Below are positions 1 through 9,740 of a stretch of DNA of 64,000 nt, piece after piece. The notes below the pieces were generated by a model. That model did no database searches, was not told where the DNA came from, and saw only the letters and a list, made by a program, of their open reading frames with translations. Every line of letters begins with the position of its first letter. Positions within the stretch are counted from its first letter, which is position 1. A program made the translations under genes and the position numbers. Source of the DNA: Nitrosopumilaceae archaeon (GTDB taxonomy: Archaea > Thermoproteota > Nitrososphaeria > Nitrososphaerales > Nitrosopumilaceae); NCBI GenBank assembly GCA_965214835.1, contig CBDCCK010000002.1, positions 1,344,001 to 1,408,000 of the forward strand, written 5' to 3'.

Positions 1-2
1 CG

Positions 3-173
3 GCACGTGATCAATTGGGAGAACACTTGCGATGCTGGATCGCAGTGGTAGGGGAAGTGATAGTTTCAACAGGCGATAATGCCAAGGAAGTCTATCAAAA
101 AGCAAAAGAACAACACCCGGGCAAAACCCCATTTATCATGAAAATTCCTAAAGAGACCGTAATGCTACTTTAG
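3..173 (+). CDS. 3' part of a small DUF5678-like protein (truncated by window edge)
   Basis: Manual translation ...LGEHLRCWIAVVGEVIVSTGDNAKEVYQKAKEQHPGKTPFIMKIP...; WIAV-x-G-x-IV-x-G pattern. Confidence 0.55.
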   Translation, partial: ARDQLGEHLRCWIAVVGEVIVSTGDNAKEVYQKAKEQHPGKTPFIMKIPKETVMLL

Positions 174-263
174 TCCCAACCCTGTCCTCCCGATTCAGAA
201 ACAGATCCAACATCACATTGCACTACGTCAATTATGATGATCCGATAACAAATTCAACATACA

Positions 264-343
264 AGACTTTATGCGTAATCGACCTGAATGAGATGAATTT
301 GTTCGTAATAATCCCAGATCTAAACCGATTACGCATAAAGTCT
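264..343. mobile_element. 80-bp MITE carrying the TIRs of the IS5-family element at 41665-43199
   Basis: Perfect 18-bp TIR AGACTTTATGCGTAATCG / CGATTACGCATAAAGTCT, identical to the IS ends; no clean TSD. Confidence 0.85.
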
Positions 344-436
344 AACAGGCCAAGATTATGATAATCCAGAAGATTCTTGGCACTACTCAATTCAGTATTC
401 GGCAACGAATATTACATAATCTTTTTTTATTTTGAT

Positions 437-706
437 ATGAAGCGTAAAAAATTGTTTTTTGTAGGGGCAGGATCTATGATAGCTGGAATTATATTTTCTC
501 TTCAACCGTACAATCCGGGCAGATTTCAAACAGTTCATGAGTTTGCCATTCAATGTCATTTACGCTCAGATCATTTTCTTGAGGTATTTGGAGGGTCATT
601 AGCAGAATTAGACTGGTGTCTTCACAATACGGGGTTATCCTTAGCACTATATACGATAATCGGAATAGGTGCATTCTTAATTTACAAATCAGGGATCAGA
701 CAATAA
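437..706 (+). CDS. small membrane protein, unknown function
   Basis: 89-aa ORF from ATG 437 with N- and C-terminal hydrophobic helices. Confidence 0.5.
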   Translation: MKRKKLFFVGAGSMIAGIIFSLQPYNPGRFQTVHEFAIQCHLRSDHFLEVFGGSLAELDWCLHNTGLSLALYTIIGIGAFLIYKSGIRQ

Positions 707-781
707 GACTTCGGATGAATCTGTGAGATCAGCCGACAACCAACACGGAGAAATCAGCCGGAGACGGACACAGGATCTAAA

Positions 782-881
782 CAGTCTTTCCGAAAGTTCC
801 CCCTAAAACGGCTCCAAGTTTGACGCGATTCAGATCATGCCGCCTGCACCGCCGTGAGTCGGGTTGCATCTGGGAAGACTG
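782..881. mobile_element. CAG...CTG-ended MITE, homologous to 60748-60864
   Basis: Ends CAGTCTTTCCGAA / TCTGGGAAGACTG; reverse complement aligns by eye with 60748-60864. Confidence 0.6.
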
Positions 882-926
882 AGCGGATCAGCCATCCTTA
901 AAAGCAGGAAGACCACAACGTAAGGC

Positions 927-1064
927 ATGGCCAGGACAGGGCAGGTCGACGACCTGACCCCGGAGGAGATCAGCGCCATTGACGACTTTTATGCAAGCGA
1001 CGAGGGCAAGGTGACATTCGAGCCTCACGAGGATGTCATAAAGCGGCTACATGATCAAGAGTAA
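927..1064 (+). CDS. putative small acidic antitoxin
   Basis: MARTGQVDDLTPEEISAIDDFYASDEGKVTFEPHEDVIKRLHDQE; TAATG overlap with the next ORF. Confidence 0.45.
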   Translation: MARTGQVDDLTPEEISAIDDFYASDEGKVTFEPHEDVIKRLHDQE

Positions 1065-1222
1065 TGACTCGGTGGAAAACCGTCCTTGGGAAAAGATTCC
1101 CAAAACAGTACAAAAACCCCGATGTGCAGATCAAGCAGAGGGCAGATCACGCGATTGAAGAGCTAAAAAACCCCGATAGCCCGGAGGTGGCGACGTGTGG
1201 ATCTGCAGGCAGCTTGGTTTGA
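1064..1222 (+). pseudogene. truncated RelE/ParE-like toxin (N-terminal half)
   Basis: MTRWKTVLGKRFPKQYKNPDVQIKQRADHAIEELKNPDSP resembles a RelE N-terminus, then degenerates and stops at 52 aa. Confidence 0.4.
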
Positions 1223-1332
1223 GTTGTTTCGAGTTTTAGAATCGCTTTATGGGTTACTTTTGAGAAAGACTGTTAAATTAACACAATTTGTATTTCCTGC
1301 ATTTTTTCATACGACAGTCCAATGACTGCACC

Positions 1333-1515
1333 GTACGAGGTCACGTCCCCCCACTGTCTATAGTGACGATTAAAAGTTTTTGAGCGCATGTGGGCATAAG
1401 CTACGCAGGAAGGCGCCTTTTGATGATCAAAGACTTTCAATCGCCACTATAGGCATGGAAATCATAATTGTACGTGCCAATTTGTGCCTGATTGGCGGGG
1501 CAGGTGACCTCGTAC
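1333..1515. mobile_element. 92-bp MITE with 8-bp TSD, interrupted by a second MITE
   Basis: 12-bp perfect TIR GTACGAGGTCAC/GTGACCTCGTAC; ACTGCACC at 1325-1332 and 1516-1523. Confidence 0.85.
1361..1449. mobile_element. inner MITE with TA target duplication (IS630-like)
   Basis: TIR TAGTGACGATTAAAAGTTTTTGA / TCAAAGACTTTCAATCGCCACTA (3 mismatches); TA at 1359-60 and 1450-51. Confidence 0.8.
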
Positions 1516-1584
1516 ACTGCACCTATCAAAACCAAGGAAAACCTCCACATGCAACCACAATCTCGCTGTGGGTGCCATCTTCAA

Positions 1585-2409
1585 TCAGCCGAGTCCAGCT
1601 GAGGGCGCTTTACCTTTTACCTCTCCTAGGACTTTATCCAAGATTCCCTCGTTGGCAGCTGCGACAAATGACAGCCTGGTCTCGTAGCTCAGATCCGAGT
1701 CAAGCGGCTCAAGGTTCCCGTCCAGAACCAGGCCTCCGGCCTCCTTTGCCAGGATGTATCCTGCCGCCAGATCCTGGACTCTTATCTTCCCGCGAAGGTC
1801 GATGTAGACGTCGATCAGCCCCCTTGCAAACATGGCCATCTCCAGCGCATTGGCGCCAAAGTGTCTCGTGTGGTTGTGGCTCTCAAAGACCGGATCCAGC
1901 ATCCTCATCAGCTCGCCGTTTGCGCCCGACGTGTTTACCCCGACGATCCTGTACACCGGCTCCCCGTCGTGGACCCTGATCTGCTCCCCGTTGAAAAAGC
2001 ATCCCCTGCCCCTTGAGGCCCAGTACGTGTCCCCGTTTGAGAGGTCTGCGACGACCCCGTCCGTAATCGAGCTGAGCCTGTCTTCTGTGGCAAAGGCAAG
2101 CGAGCAGCAAAAAAACGGCACGCCTCTGACTGCGTTTGCAGAGCCGTCGATTGCGTCCATTATTATATATCCACTCGGGTTCTCGGAGAGCTCCACCCTC
2201 CCGCACTCCTCGCCTAGGACCACGCATTCAAGGCCGACCTCTCTTAGATAGTCCAGTACGGTCTTCTCGGCTAGGATGTCGATGTTTCTTGAGACGTCTC
2301 CCCCCGCGCCTATCCCGTTGTGGCCCGCGGCCTCCTCGGTGCCCGCCAGATCCTTTACGCCGTCATAGACCATCCTTGAGGCATTTCTCAGTATCTCGAC
2401 TATCTCCAT
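1585..2409 (-). CDS. inositol monophosphatase / fructose-1,6-bisphosphatase family protein
   Basis: Metal-binding motifs GEE, DAIDGS, and DLAAG. Confidence 0.9.
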   Translation of the reverse strand: MEIVEILRNASRMVYDGVKDLAGTEEAAGHNGIGAGGDVSRNIDILAEKTVLDYLREVGLECVVLGEECGRVELSENPSGYIIMDAIDGSANAVRGVPFFCCSLAFATEDRLSSITDGVVADLSNGDTYWASRGRGCFFNGEQIRVHDGEPVYRIVGVNTSGANGELMRMLDPVFESHNHTRHFGANALEMAMFARGLIDVYIDLRGKIRVQDLAAGYILAKEAGGLVLDGNLEPLDSDLSYETRLSFVAAANEGILDKVLGEVKGKAPSAGLG

Positions 2410-2483
2410 GCCACACCGATTTTTTTTCGTAATTTAAAGTGGAGTTTTTGAAGGCATAAATAACAAGAAGTGGGCCTAGCGTT

Positions 2484-3596
2484 GTGAGCGGCAAGGATCA
2501 GTCGGTTGTAAGCAGGGATGCCCTGATGAGCACAAAGCCCGGAAAGCAGATCATCAGGCAGGGACTGTTCAAGTCAAAGGGCTACAAGATGTTCAGCAAA
2601 TACAAAGAGGAGACCGAGGGCGCATTTCCAGACTTTGCCCGGCGGTTCGCGCGTGACCTGCACAGCGAGATAAGGTCAGACTCCAGCCCCAACTCCACCC
2701 AGCAGGCGTTTGCCGAGGAGGTGGGCTCGACCGAGATCACCCTTCAGGCATCCGAAATCGCCCCAATAAAGTCAAGGCTTGAGGACGCCGAGGTCCTAAT
2801 GGACAGGGTTCAGAGAATACTTGACTCCAACTTTGTAAAAATGACGTTTCCCGTCTTCAATGCGCTCTTTGATGCGGCATCCCGGTATACGGGCAGCCGC
2901 GCAGAGCTAAAGCAGGATGTCGTAGAGGGCCACATCCTTGCAATTGACCTCAGCGAGCCCATGGACAGGATCGTAGACAGGGACGAGGACCTGGACTATC
3001 TGGACGACTACAAGCTGATGAATCCGTACATCCTCAAGCTTGCACGCGATAAAATCTCCCGGGGCGGGGACGCCGTCCTCGGAGAGTTCGAGGAGGGATT
3101 CAGGGACGCGCGTGCCGGCCAGTACCTGGATGAGAAGCTAAAGTCCAAGCCGACTGGCATCACCGAGGAGGAGATGGCCACCTCCTACAAAAAATACCGC
3201 GCCGTAATGGGCACCGCCGGAAGGAACATGGCCCTTGCCGAGCGCCCCCTGGGGGAGATCTTCTACCTGGGCATGGCACGCGCGGCAGAAGGGGTGGGCT
3301 GCGGAAACGAGATCGAGGACTCGATCAAGGGCGGATCTGTAAAGATTCCCTCTTGGCCCCTGTACTATTCCCTCCTGGCAGGCGACGTCCAAAAGGGATT
3401 CGAGCTGACGCTGGAAAAAGGCGGCCTGTACCTGCAGGATGCAAGGCTGGCTGCCAAGCTGCTACCTGATGATTTCTCACATACGGAATTCCTGGAATTC
3501 CTGTTTCTGACCGTGGAGCATTACAACCAGTTCTGGTACAACAAGCTCCAAAAGGCCGGCATGTGGCAGGAGCTTGCCTCGGGGCTTCCCCGGTGA
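2484..3596 (+). CDS. conserved hypothetical protein (thaumarchaeal type)
   Basis: 370-aa ORF with core-like codon usage, directly upstream of rfcL. Confidence 0.8.
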   Translation: MSGKDQSVVSRDALMSTKPGKQIIRQGLFKSKGYKMFSKYKEETEGAFPDFARRFARDLHSEIRSDSSPNSTQQAFAEEVGSTEITLQASEIAPIKSRLEDAEVLMDRVQRILDSNFVKMTFPVFNALFDAASRYTGSRAELKQDVVEGHILAIDLSEPMDRIVDRDEDLDYLDDYKLMNPYILKLARDKISRGGDAVLGEFEEGFRDARAGQYLDEKLKSKPTGITEEEMATSYKKYRAVMGTAGRNMALAERPLGEIFYLGMARAAEGVGCGNEIEDSIKGGSVKIPSWPLYYSLLAGDVQKGFELTLEKGGLYLQDARLAAKLLPDDFSHTEFLEFLFLTVEHYNQFWYNKLQKAGMWQELASGLPR

Positions 3597-3605
3597 TCTG
3601 CCGTG

Positions 3606-4760
3606 ATGTGGTCTGAAAAGCACCGGCCCCAAACCATAAGCGACATGGTGGGAAACGAGGAGGCACGCTCGGCCGTCGTGGAATGGTTTGCCAAATGGAA
3701 AAAGGGGATCCGGCCGATCCTCCTAGTCGGCCCCCCGGGAATAGGCAAGACGACCATTGCAAACATCGCCGCAAGGCAGTTCGGATATGACATGGTCGGC
3801 CTCAACGCCAGCGACGCCAGAAGCAAGTCTAGGATCAACGAAATCCTGTCCCCCGTCCTTGGAAACGTCAGCGTGGTCGGGGTGCCGATGATCTTCGTAG
3901 ACGAGGTCGACGGCATACACGGGCGCTCTGATTATGGCGGAGCCGACGCCCTGATCCGGATTCTAAAGGAGGCGACCGTCCCCATAGTGCTGGCTGCAAA
4001 CCGTGACGACTCTGCAAAGATGAAGGGCATCAAAAAGGCGGCAAAGACGGTCCAGTTCAGGCCGCTTCCGCCCCGGCTCCTGCGCGTATACCTGCAGAGC
4101 GTCCTCAAAAAGGAGGGCGCCACCCTGGGACCCGGGACGCTGATCAGGATTGTCAGCGAGTCGCGCGGGGACATCCGCTCGATCCTCAACTCCGCGCAGG
4201 CGCTAGTCTCCGGGTTTGATCCCCCGACAGAAAAGTCATTTGAGGCCCTCAACGTGGAGGAGGGCGTCAACGCGTTCTTCAAGTCCAGATCAGTCGAGGA
4301 GGCCAGAACCGTCCTGTACTCGCTGAGGATCGATCCCCGGGAAAAAATCAACGCGTTTTACTCCAGTATTATAACAAGCTCCGCTTCAGGCGGCGACATG
4401 CAGAGGATGCTGGGGGTGATATCTGAGGCAGACATGCTGTACGGCAGGATCATCAGAACCCAGAACTGGAGGCTGCTTCGATACCTTGACTCCATCCTGC
4501 TGAACCTGTACAAGGCAGGCACCGCCATACGGTACACGCAGTACAACCTGTCCTGGCCGCTGCTCAACAGGATAAGGTGGGACGGCGCCAAGCTAAGGTC
4601 GCTCTCGCAGGTCCTGGGGAGGATGCTTCATGCATCCCAAAGCTCGATTGCGACGTTTTACCTGCCGTACATCCTGTTCTGCATGAAAAACAAAAGACTA
4701 GAGCTGGACCTGGAGGCATTCGGGGAGCTGCTGGAAAAGGAGATGGAGCTGATAAAGTGA
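3606..4760 (+). CDS. rfcL: replication factor C large subunit
   Basis: WSEKHRP, Walker A GPPGIGKT, LNASD, DEVD, GDIRS. Confidence 0.93.
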   Translation: MWSEKHRPQTISDMVGNEEARSAVVEWFAKWKKGIRPILLVGPPGIGKTTIANIAARQFGYDMVGLNASDARSKSRINEILSPVLGNVSVVGVPMIFVDEVDGIHGRSDYGGADALIRILKEATVPIVLAANRDDSAKMKGIKKAAKTVQFRPLPPRLLRVYLQSVLKKEGATLGPGTLIRIVSESRGDIRSILNSAQALVSGFDPPTEKSFEALNVEEGVNAFFKSRSVEEARTVLYSLRIDPREKINAFYSSIITSSASGGDMQRMLGVISEADMLYGRIIRTQNWRLLRYLDSILLNLYKAGTAIRYTQYNLSWPLLNRIRWDGAKLRSLSQVLGRMLHASQSSIATFYLPYILFCMKNKRLELDLEAFGELLEKEMELIK

Positions 4761-5068
4761 GCTGGCGCAAGATCACCATGAAGTTTCCCGGAACCTGCAC
4801 CGTATGCGGCGAAAAAATCGAGGCCAGTGAAACCGGCCTGTGGGCCAAGGGCCTGGGCGTAAAGCACGAGAGGTGCGCCGAGCCCCGGGAGCTTGCCTGC
4901 ATCGTCTGCGGCGGCCCTGCCGGCTGCGCCGGCTGCGAGCTCAACGAGGACTGTGACCTGGAAAGGGTCTCACAGCTGTGCATGTGCAAGGGATGCAGCG
5001 ATGCCGGGGATCCGTTTTCTGCCTACCTGTCTTCTGTCAAAAAAAAGTTTCACGCTCTTAACACCTAA
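4757..5068 (+). CDS. small Cys-rich zinc-binding protein
   Basis: GTG start overlapping the rfcL stop (GTGA); several CxxC motifs; 103 aa. Confidence 0.75.
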   Translation: MSWRKITMKFPGTCTVCGEKIEASETGLWAKGLGVKHERCAEPRELACIVCGGPAGCAGCELNEDCDLERVSQLCMCKGCSDAGDPFSAYLSSVKKKFHALNT

Positions 5069-5212
5069 AGCCTGCCCTGCGGGAAATCCCCGCACTGGAT
5101 CCCGGCCGTAAAAAAGCAGTTGAAAAAAAAGTTTTCAGGCCAGCTGGAAAACAGGCCGGCTATCCCCCGACTAAAATTAATATAGGATATAGAATGCCTC
5201 AGATCGCGGGGC

Positions 5213-6760
5213 ATGCATTCAGAAAAGATCGACGTCTATTCCAACAAAAAGAAAACCGCCTTGCAGGGGGGCGGACAGGATCGCATCGCCGCACAGCACG
5301 GCAAGGGCAAGCTGACCGCCCGAGAGAGGATCTCCATCCTGCTAGACGAGGGGACCTTTACCGAGGTTGATCCCCTGACAACCCACCACTATCACGAGTA
5401 TGACATGCAGAAGAAAAAGTTCTTCGGGGACGGCGTCGTGGGCGGATACGGCAGGATAAACGGCCGACAGGCCTTCGTTTTTGCATATGATTTTACGGTC
5501 CTAGGAGGCACCCTCAGCCAGATGGGGGCCAGGAAAATCACAAAGCTGATGGATCACGCAGTGAGGACCGGCTGCCCGATTGTCGGCATCATGGACTCGG
5601 GGGGCGCGAGAATCCAGGAGGGAATCATGAGCCTCGACGGGTTTGCAGACATCTTTTACCACAACCAGCTTGCATCCGGCGTAATCCCGCAGATCACCGC
5701 AAGTATAGGGCCCTCGGCAGGCGGCTCGGTATACTCTCCTGCAATGACTGACTTTATCGTGATGGTGGACAAGGCCGCAACGATGTTTGTCACCGGACCC
5801 GACGTCGTAAAGACCGTGCTAGGCGAGGAGATTACCGCAGACGAGCTGGGCGGCGCGGTATCCCACGGCTCCAGGAGCGGCGTTGCCCACTTTGTGGCCC
5901 AAAACGAGTACGAGTGCATGGATTACATCAAAAAACTGCTCTCGTTTATCCCACAGAACAACACCCAGCAGGCCCCTGCCGTAAGGACAGACGACGATCC
6001 CAACCGCCTGGACAACCGGCTCATCGACATCATCCCCGAGAATCCGCTGCATCCGTACGACATGCACGAGATAGTCAGCTCGATCGTCGACAACCACGAG
6101 TTCTTTGAGATACACGAACTGTTTGCACAGAACATCATAGTGGGATATGCAAGGATGGACGGCCAGACAGTCGGCATCGTCGCAAACCAGCCCTCGGCGC
6201 TAGCAGGCGCCCTGGACATAGACTCCTCGAACAAGGCTGCACGCTTTATCAGGTTCTGCGACTCGTTTAACATTCCGATTGTAACGCTTGTAGACACCCC
6301 CGGCTACATGCCCGGCTCCCACCAGGAGCACAACGGCATAATCAGGCACGGAAGCAAGCTCCTCTACGCATACTGCGAGGCGACGGTCCCAAAGATTACG
6401 ATCGTAGTCGGCAAGGCCTATGGGGGCGCATACATTGCAATGGGCAGCAAGAACCTGAGGACCGATGTCAACTATGCGTGGCCTACTGCGCGCTGTGCCG
6501 TGCTCGGCGCCGAGGCCGCAGTCAAAATCATGAGCAGGAAGGATCTTGCACGCGCAGACGACCCCGAGGCGCTAAAAAAGCGGCTGACTGACGAGTTTGC
6601 CGAAAAGTTCGACAACCCGTATGTCGCCGCATCCCACGGGACCGTGGACAACGTAATTGATCCGGCAGAGACCCGGCCCATGATAATCAAGGCCCTGCAC
6701 ATGCTCAAAAACAAGCGTGACAGGCAGCTTCCCCGAAAGCACGGAAACATAAACCTGTGA
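5213..6760 (+). CDS. pccB: acetyl-/propionyl-CoA carboxylase, carboxyltransferase subunit (3HP/4HB cycle)
   Basis: GKLTARERI, DSGGARIQEG, KAYGGAY, KHGNI. Confidence 0.95.
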   Translation: MHSEKIDVYSNKKKTALQGGGQDRIAAQHGKGKLTARERISILLDEGTFTEVDPLTTHHYHEYDMQKKKFFGDGVVGGYGRINGRQAFVFAYDFTVLGGTLSQMGARKITKLMDHAVRTGCPIVGIMDSGGARIQEGIMSLDGFADIFYHNQLASGVIPQITASIGPSAGGSVYSPAMTDFIVMVDKAATMFVTGPDVVKTVLGEEITADELGGAVSHGSRSGVAHFVAQNEYECMDYIKKLLSFIPQNNTQQAPAVRTDDDPNRLDNRLIDIIPENPLHPYDMHEIVSSIVDNHEFFEIHELFAQNIIVGYARMDGQTVGIVANQPSALAGALDIDSSNKAARFIRFCDSFNIPIVTLVDTPGYMPGSHQEHNGIIRHGSKLLYAYCEATVPKITIVVGKAYGGAYIAMGSKNLRTDVNYAWPTARCAVLGAEAAVKIMSRKDLARADDPEALKKRLTDEFAEKFDNPYVAASHGTVDNVIDPAETRPMIIKALHMLKNKRDRQLPRKHGNINL

Positions 6761-6766
6761 TGAGGC

Positions 6767-8251
6767 ATGATAGGCAAGGTACTCATCGCAAACAGGGGGG
6801 AGATAGCACTCAGGGTGATCAGGACGTGCCAGGCGCTTGGAATCAAGACCGTCGCAGTCTACTCGGACGAGGACTATGGTTCACTGCACGTCAAAAAGGC
6901 GACCGAGGCATACCATATAGGCGGGGCGGCCCCCGCAGAGTCCTACCTGAACCAGGAGAAGATCCTCGAGGTAATGCTGTCATCCGGCGCCGATGCCGTG
7001 CATCCCGGCTATGGGTTCCTCTCAGAGAACGACGACTTTGCGCGGCTGTGCGAGAAAAACGGCATCAACTTCATAGGGCCCACCGCGGACTCGATGAACC
7101 TTTGCGGCGACAAGATGCGCTGCAAGGCCGCAATGCTCAAGGCCGACGTCCCTACGGTACCTGGCAGTCCGGGGATAGTGGATACTGCCGAGGGGGCCGA
7201 AAGGGTCGCAAACGAGATAGGCTATCCCGTGCTCCTAAAGTCCGTCTATGGCGGGGGGGGCCGCGGAATCAGGCTGGTCACAAATGATCAGGAGCTGCGG
7301 GAGGGCTTTGCGACGGTGACATCAGAGTCGATATCTGCGGTCGGCAAGTCCGCAATCATAGTGGAAAAGTTCCTTGAAAAGACAAGGCACATAGAGTACC
7401 AGATGTGCAGGGATCACCACGGCAACGCGGTGCACCTCTTTGAGCGAGAGTGCTCCATCCAGAGGAGAAACCAGAAGCTCATAGAGCAGACGCCGTCCCC
7501 CGTCGTGGATGCGGCAAAGAGGGCCGAGATAGGCGAGCTGGTAGTCAGGGCAGCCGAGGCAGTCGACTATACCAACCTGGGCACCGCCGAGTTTCTGAGG
7601 GCCGACTCTGGGGAGTTTTACTTTATCGAGATCAACGCACGGCTGCAGGTGGAGCACCCGATATCTGAGATGGTATCTGGGCTGGACTTTGTAAGGCTCC
7701 AGCTGGACATTGCAAACGGCGAGCCGCTGCCCTTCAAGCAGGGCGATCTGAGGATGAACGGGTACGCCATAGAGTGCAGGATAAACGCAGAGGACACCTT
7801 CCTCGACTTTGCGCCCTCGACGGGGCCCGTACCCGCAGTTACGATTCCGTCAGGGCCAAACGTCCGGTGTGACACATACCTGTATCCGGGATGCACGGTC
7901 TCGCCGTTTTATGACTCCCTGATGGCAAAGCTGTGCACCTGGGGGCCGACCTTTGAGGAGGCCCGCACCCGCATGCTGGCAGCCCTGGGGGACTTTTACA
8001 TCGAGGGCGTCGAGACGTCGATTCCGCTCTACAAGACCATACTGGAGACCGACGAGTACAAAAACGGCCTGCTGTCAACTGACTTTTTGAAGCGATACGG
8101 CATAATCGACAGGCTGGCAGAGGACATAAAGTCCGATCAAAGGGAAAGGCAGGCGGCAGCCCTGGCGGCTGCGATAATGTACAGCGAGTACCTCAAGAGC
8201 AGGGTGACCTCCGGCCCCGACGACGACCACCGGTGGAGGAGCGGACTGTAG
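6767..8251 (+). CDS. accC: acetyl-/propionyl-CoA carboxylase, biotin carboxylase subunit
   Basis: LIANRGEIA, HPGYGFLSEN, GGGGRG, ERECSIQRR, NARLQVEH. Confidence 0.95.
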   Translation: MIGKVLIANRGEIALRVIRTCQALGIKTVAVYSDEDYGSLHVKKATEAYHIGGAAPAESYLNQEKILEVMLSSGADAVHPGYGFLSENDDFARLCEKNGINFIGPTADSMNLCGDKMRCKAAMLKADVPTVPGSPGIVDTAEGAERVANEIGYPVLLKSVYGGGGRGIRLVTNDQELREGFATVTSESISAVGKSAIIVEKFLEKTRHIEYQMCRDHHGNAVHLFERECSIQRRNQKLIEQTPSPVVDAAKRAEIGELVVRAAEAVDYTNLGTAEFLRADSGEFYFIEINARLQVEHPISEMVSGLDFVRLQLDIANGEPLPFKQGDLRMNGYAIECRINAEDTFLDFAPSTGPVPAVTIPSGPNVRCDTYLYPGCTVSPFYDSLMAKLCTWGPTFEEARTRMLAALGDFYIEGVETSIPLYKTILETDEYKNGLLSTDFLKRYGIIDRLAEDIKSDQRERQAAALAAAIMYSEYLKSRVTSGPDDDHRWRSGL

Positions 8252-8261
8252 GCGGGCAATC

Positions 8262-8777
8262 ATGGAGTACGGGATTCAGGACATAGAGGGGGTCTTTGAC
8301 GGGCGGATAGTCAAGAGCTTGGGCAGCTCGGAATATGTCATCAGAATAGACGACCGCGAGCAGGGCCTGAGGATACTATCTGCGGACTCGCGCGGCATCG
8401 AGTTTATCCTAAACGACGAGTTCCACAAGGTAAGGTATCTTCAGGGCGGTACCGCCCAAATCAGCATGGTAGTAGACGGCGTGCCGATGACAGTCAGCAT
8501 GCACCCCGGCATGGACAAAGTCGTCTACAAGAACTCTGGAGGCGCGGGCGGCGCGGGCGGCGCACAGCTTGCCCTGAAGAGCCAGATTCCAGGCAAGGTC
8601 GTATCAGTCGACGTCGAGGAGGGCTCCTCCGTCAAAAAGGGCGACGTTGTATGCACCCTGGAATCGATGAAGATGCAGGTCGGAGTCAAGGCGCACAGGG
8701 ACGGCAGCGTAAAGTCGATCAGGATAAAGCAGGGCGGCAGCGTCGCAAAAAACGATGTCATCCTAGAGATAGAATAG
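8262..8777 (+). CDS. accB: biotin carboxyl carrier protein
   Basis: ESMKM biotinylation motif after a Gly/Ala linker. Confidence 0.93.
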   Translation: MEYGIQDIEGVFDGRIVKSLGSSEYVIRIDDREQGLRILSADSRGIEFILNDEFHKVRYLQGGTAQISMVVDGVPMTVSMHPGMDKVVYKNSGGAGGAGGAQLALKSQIPGKVVSVDVEEGSSVKKGDVVCTLESMKMQVGVKAHRDGSVKSIRIKQGGSVAKNDVILEIE

Positions 8778-8780
8778 GGC

Positions 8781-9251
8781 CTAGTTTTGCCTTATAAAGT
8801 CCTTGATCTCCTCATAGTCAGGCTCCCTTAGCGGATCCTCGGAGACCCACCTGTATCCGATGGTTCCGTCCCCCATGACTACAAACACGGAGCGCTTTGC
8901 GGCGTTGTACCCCTTGATGTGGAGCAGATCCGGCATCAGGACTCCATAGTCCCTGATCGTCTTGCTTGCATAGTCTGCAAGGACCGGGAAGTTATAGTCG
9001 TGCTTTTGGGCAAACGCCTTGTTTGCAAACGGCCCGTCGTTGCTGATTGCAACGACCTGCGCGCCGGCCTCGGAGATCTCCTGTAGCGAGTCCCTGAACG
9101 TGCACAGCTCCGTCTCGCAGACCGGCGAGCTTGCGGCCACAAAGAACGAGATCACTAGTTTTTTGCCCCCAAACTCCCCAAGCCTTCTCATCTTCAGCTC
9201 GGTATCTGGAAGCTCAAAGTCCGGGGCCCTGTCTCCTATTCCTGGTGCCAT
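8781..9251 (-). CDS. peroxiredoxin (AhpC/TSA, BCP-like)
   Basis: GDRAPDF, SPVCETELC, AKRSVFV. Confidence 0.88.
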   Translation of the reverse strand: MAPGIGDRAPDFELPDTELKMRRLGEFGGKKLVISFFVAASSPVCETELCTFRDSLQEISEAGAQVVAISNDGPFANKAFAQKHDYNFPVLADYASKTIRDYGVLMPDLLHIKGYNAAKRSVFVVMGDGTIGYRWVSEDPLREPDYEEIKDFIRQN

Positions 9252-9313
9252 GCAGATCAGGAATCTCTTGTCATATTAAGGACTTTGGAATCCTGCGATC
9301 GAATCTGCATAGT

Positions 9314-9321
9314 TTTATATA
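9314..9321 (+). promoter_or_regulatory. probable TATA box of nuoAB
   Basis: TTTATATA ending 26 nt before the TTG at 9347. Confidence 0.55.
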
Positions 9322-9346
9322 CCAATTCAGGGGTGCAAAAGCTGCT

Positions 9347-9721
9347 TTGGTCGGGGAGGTAGCAGGCAACTACAGTCAGGTACTGCTCATGTTCGGCTTT
9401 GCCGTCGTTGCAACCGCTCCCGCACTGCTGATCTCCCGCATGATCGCCCCCAGAAAACTCAACAACCCAGTCAAGTTCCTGCCCATGGAGTGTGGCCAGG
9501 TTCCAAAGGGCGAGGGGCGCACCCACTTTATGATGCAGTATTATGCGTATATTCTCATGTTCGTGGTATTTGACGTGATGGCGATCTTCCTTTACGCCTG
9601 GGGCAGCACTATTCTCAACCTGCCCAAGGCAGCAACGCTTCCGATCATCGGGTTTCTGGCAGTAATGTTTGCGGCCATGGCATTTGCACTGTACCAGTCA
9701 AGGAGGCGGAACATTTGGTAG
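9347..9721 (+). CDS. nuoA: NADH-quinone oxidoreductase subunit A
   Basis: PMECG and FVVFDV motifs; start moved to TTG 9347. Confidence 0.92.
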   Translation: MVGEVAGNYSQVLLMFGFAVVATAPALLISRMIAPRKLNNPVKFLPMECGQVPKGEGRTHFMMQYYAYILMFVVFDVMAIFLYAWGSTILNLPKAATLPIIGFLAVMFAAMAFALYQSRRRNIW

Positions 9722-9740
9722 GCGGCGGGGAGGCATCCTC

